Part shown: positions 62,290 through 64,000 of the stretch, in pieces
Layout of the letters: every line of letters starts with the position of its first letter
Position numbering within the stretch: the stretch's first letter is position 1
Source: an uncultured Candidatus Saccharibacteria bacterium
Lineage (GTDB): Bacteria > Patescibacteriota > Minisyncoccia > Phycocordibacterales > UBA5272
Length of the DNA: 64,000 nt
Direction of reading: 5' to 3'
NCBI GenBank assembly: GCA_964512315.1
Contig: CAZEIK010000002.1
Location: 45,304 to 109,303 of the forward strand
Position numbers and translations under genes: made by a program
Notes under the pieces: generated by a model
The model's input: only the letters and a program-made list of their open reading frames with translations
What the model was told of the DNA's origin: nothing
The model's database searches: none

Positions 62290-63963
62290 ATGTTAAAGCA
62301 AATCAGAAAAATTGTACAAGAGACTAGCGGAGCTGAGAATTTTTCTGTTGCATTTACTGAGCATGACGGGTTCGGGCATGTTACTACCAATGTTGCAATG
62401 GCAACAGCTAAGGATTTAAAAAGAAATCCAAAAGAGTTGGCAGATGAGATATGTAACAAGTTGGCAAGCTTCGACATATTCAAAAAAGTTGAAGTGGCAG
62501 GACCAGGGTTCATTAACTTTACATTAACAGATGAGTTTATCTTATCTAACGTAAAAGATGTTAAAAATGTAAAGTCAGAGTATGAGGGTAAGAAAGTGTT
62601 AGTCGAATACACAGACCCGAATCCATTTAAAGTTTTCCATATTGGCCACTTGATGACTAATATTATCGGTGAAGCCATAGCTAGATTGTACGAGGCGGGT
62701 GGTGCAGATGTAAAGCGTGTTAATTATCAAGGTGATGTTGGTAGGCATATTGCGATCAATATATGGGCGATACTTAATTCACTCGAGGAGTTCAAGGATT
62801 TGGGTGCGAGTGGCAAAACAATAAGAGAAAAAGTTGAGTGGCTGGGTCAGAAGTATGCAGAAGGGTATAAAGCATTTGAGGGGGATATTGATGGCGGAGA
62901 GGTAAAGCTTGCTGTTGCGGATATAAATAAAAAGATTTACGAGAAGTCTGACACTAGAATAAACGAAATATACGAAGCCGGTCGCAAATGGAGTCTGGAT
63001 TATTTTGAAGAGTTATATAAAATGCTTGGCACAAAATTCGATACATATATATTCGAAAGTGAAGTGGCGAGTAGGGGTACTGAGCTGGTAAAAGATAACA
63101 CGACTCCACAAGGTAAATGTGTATTTGAAGTTGGTGATGGTGGTGCTGTTATATATGACGGAGAGAATAAGGGGTTACACAAGAGAGTGTTTTTGAATCA
63201 AAATGGATTACCTACTTATGAGGCCAAAGACCTCGGTAACGTTGAGATGAAGATAGAGAGATTGGGCGAGTTTGATAAAAGTATAGTCATAACCGGTAAT
63301 GAGCAGTCTGACTATTTTAAAGTTTTATATTCGGCTATTAATGACCTCGGTCTAGCCGACCTAAATAAGATGGAGCATAAAGGTCACGGCATGATGAGAT
63401 TCGCTAACGGCAAGATGTCTAGTCGTAGTGGTAATGTGATTGCTGGTGAAGACCTTATTAATGATGTAAAAGATGTGCTTAAGGATAAATTCCTCTCGAG
63501 TCGCATAGACAATGAGTTAGAAAAAGAAAACGTGTTAACCTCCACTGCCATTGCTTCTATTAAGTATTCTATTTTAAAACAAGAGACAGGGCGTGACGTT
63601 GTCTTTGACTTTGATAAGGCTATTAGCGTAGAGGGGGACAGTGGTCCATATTTACAATATTCATATGCGAGACTATTTTCTGTCGGTCAAAATACTGGAG
63701 AGAATGTTACAGCCAATGAAGACAACAGGTCGCTACTGTTCACACTTTCCAAATTCGAAAGTGTATTGGAGGAGGCGGTGAGTCAGACAGCACCACAGAA
63801 GTTGTGTTCATACTTGATAGAGCTCGCTCGTGCAGCTAATAGTTGGTATGCCACAGAGAAAATATCTGGCAGTAAGAGCAATGAGCAGCTTGCCTATAAT
63901 GTTTGTTCTAATTTGGGACAAGGCTTAAAGATATTAGGTATTGTTGTGCCAGATAGAATGTAG
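62290..63963 (+). CDS. argS: Arginine--tRNA ligase
   Basis: AGPGFINF, VEYTDPNPFK.FHIGH, GKMSSR.G, GDSGPYLQYSYAR. Confidence 0.97.
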   Translation: MLKQIRKIVQETSGAENFSVAFTEHDGFGHVTTNVAMATAKDLKRNPKELADEICNKLASFDIFKKVEVAGPGFINFTLTDEFILSNVKDVKNVKSEYEGKKVLVEYTDPNPFKVFHIGHLMTNIIGEAIARLYEAGGADVKRVNYQGDVGRHIAINIWAILNSLEEFKDLGASGKTIREKVEWLGQKYAEGYKAFEGDIDGGEVKLAVADINKKIYEKSDTRINEIYEAGRKWSLDYFEELYKMLGTKFDTYIFESEVASRGTELVKDNTTPQGKCVFEVGDGGAVIYDGENKGLHKRVFLNQNGLPTYEAKDLGNVEMKIERLGEFDKSIVITGNEQSDYFKVLYSAINDLGLADLNKMEHKGHGMMRFANGKMSSRSGNVIAGEDLINDVKDVLKDKFLSSRIDNELEKENVLTSTAIASIKYSILKQETGRDVVFDFDKAISVEGDSGPYLQYSYARLFSVGQNTGENVTANEDNRSLLFTLSKFESVLEEAVSQTAPQKLCSYLIELARAANSWYATEKISGSKSNEQLAYNVCSNLGQGLKILGIVVPDRM

Positions 63964-64000
63964 AAGGTTAAGGTTTGATATATTAACCCCTTTGTTGTAT

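Noticed and set aside
1-64000. CRISPR array, prophage, IS element or rRNA
   Set aside because: No regularly spaced repeat-spacer array and no cas, capsid, terminase, integrase or transposase motifs; no rRNA-like stretch

Overview
Low-GC bacterial chromosome segment spanning the replication origin (yidC-rnpA-rpmH <> dnaA-oriC-dnaN). Gene content points to a Patescibacteria/CPR (Parcubacteria-like) genome using code 11: a resident PrgI/VirB4/VirB6/pilin T4SS-like cluster, a PilB ATPase, a trigger factor without an evident FKBP domain, rplK not followed by rplA, and many ORFans. The taxonomic call is an inference. The window has about 60 CDS and seven tRNAs; I saw no rRNA, CRISPR array, integrase or transposase. 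The most unusual signal is a small non-coding element directly 3' of three different tRNA genes (Lys-TTT, Arg-TCT, Arg-GCG). It has a conserved core (TCGAATACGGGGTCGCGAAA...TTTTGTGACC) followed by a copy of that tRNA's own 3' end starting at the T-loop. In the two complete copies the core is also preceded by an inverted copy of the host T-arm. Other highlights: a 6S-like RNA behind a perfect sigma70 promoter, a second orphan structured transcript, tRNA-His with A73, a T4SS-pilin/M15-peptidase fusion, a NADAR plus double-nuclease operon behind tRNA-His, mutM frameshifted at an A8 run, and apparently leaderless core genes alongside SD-led, GC-richer ORFan cassettes.
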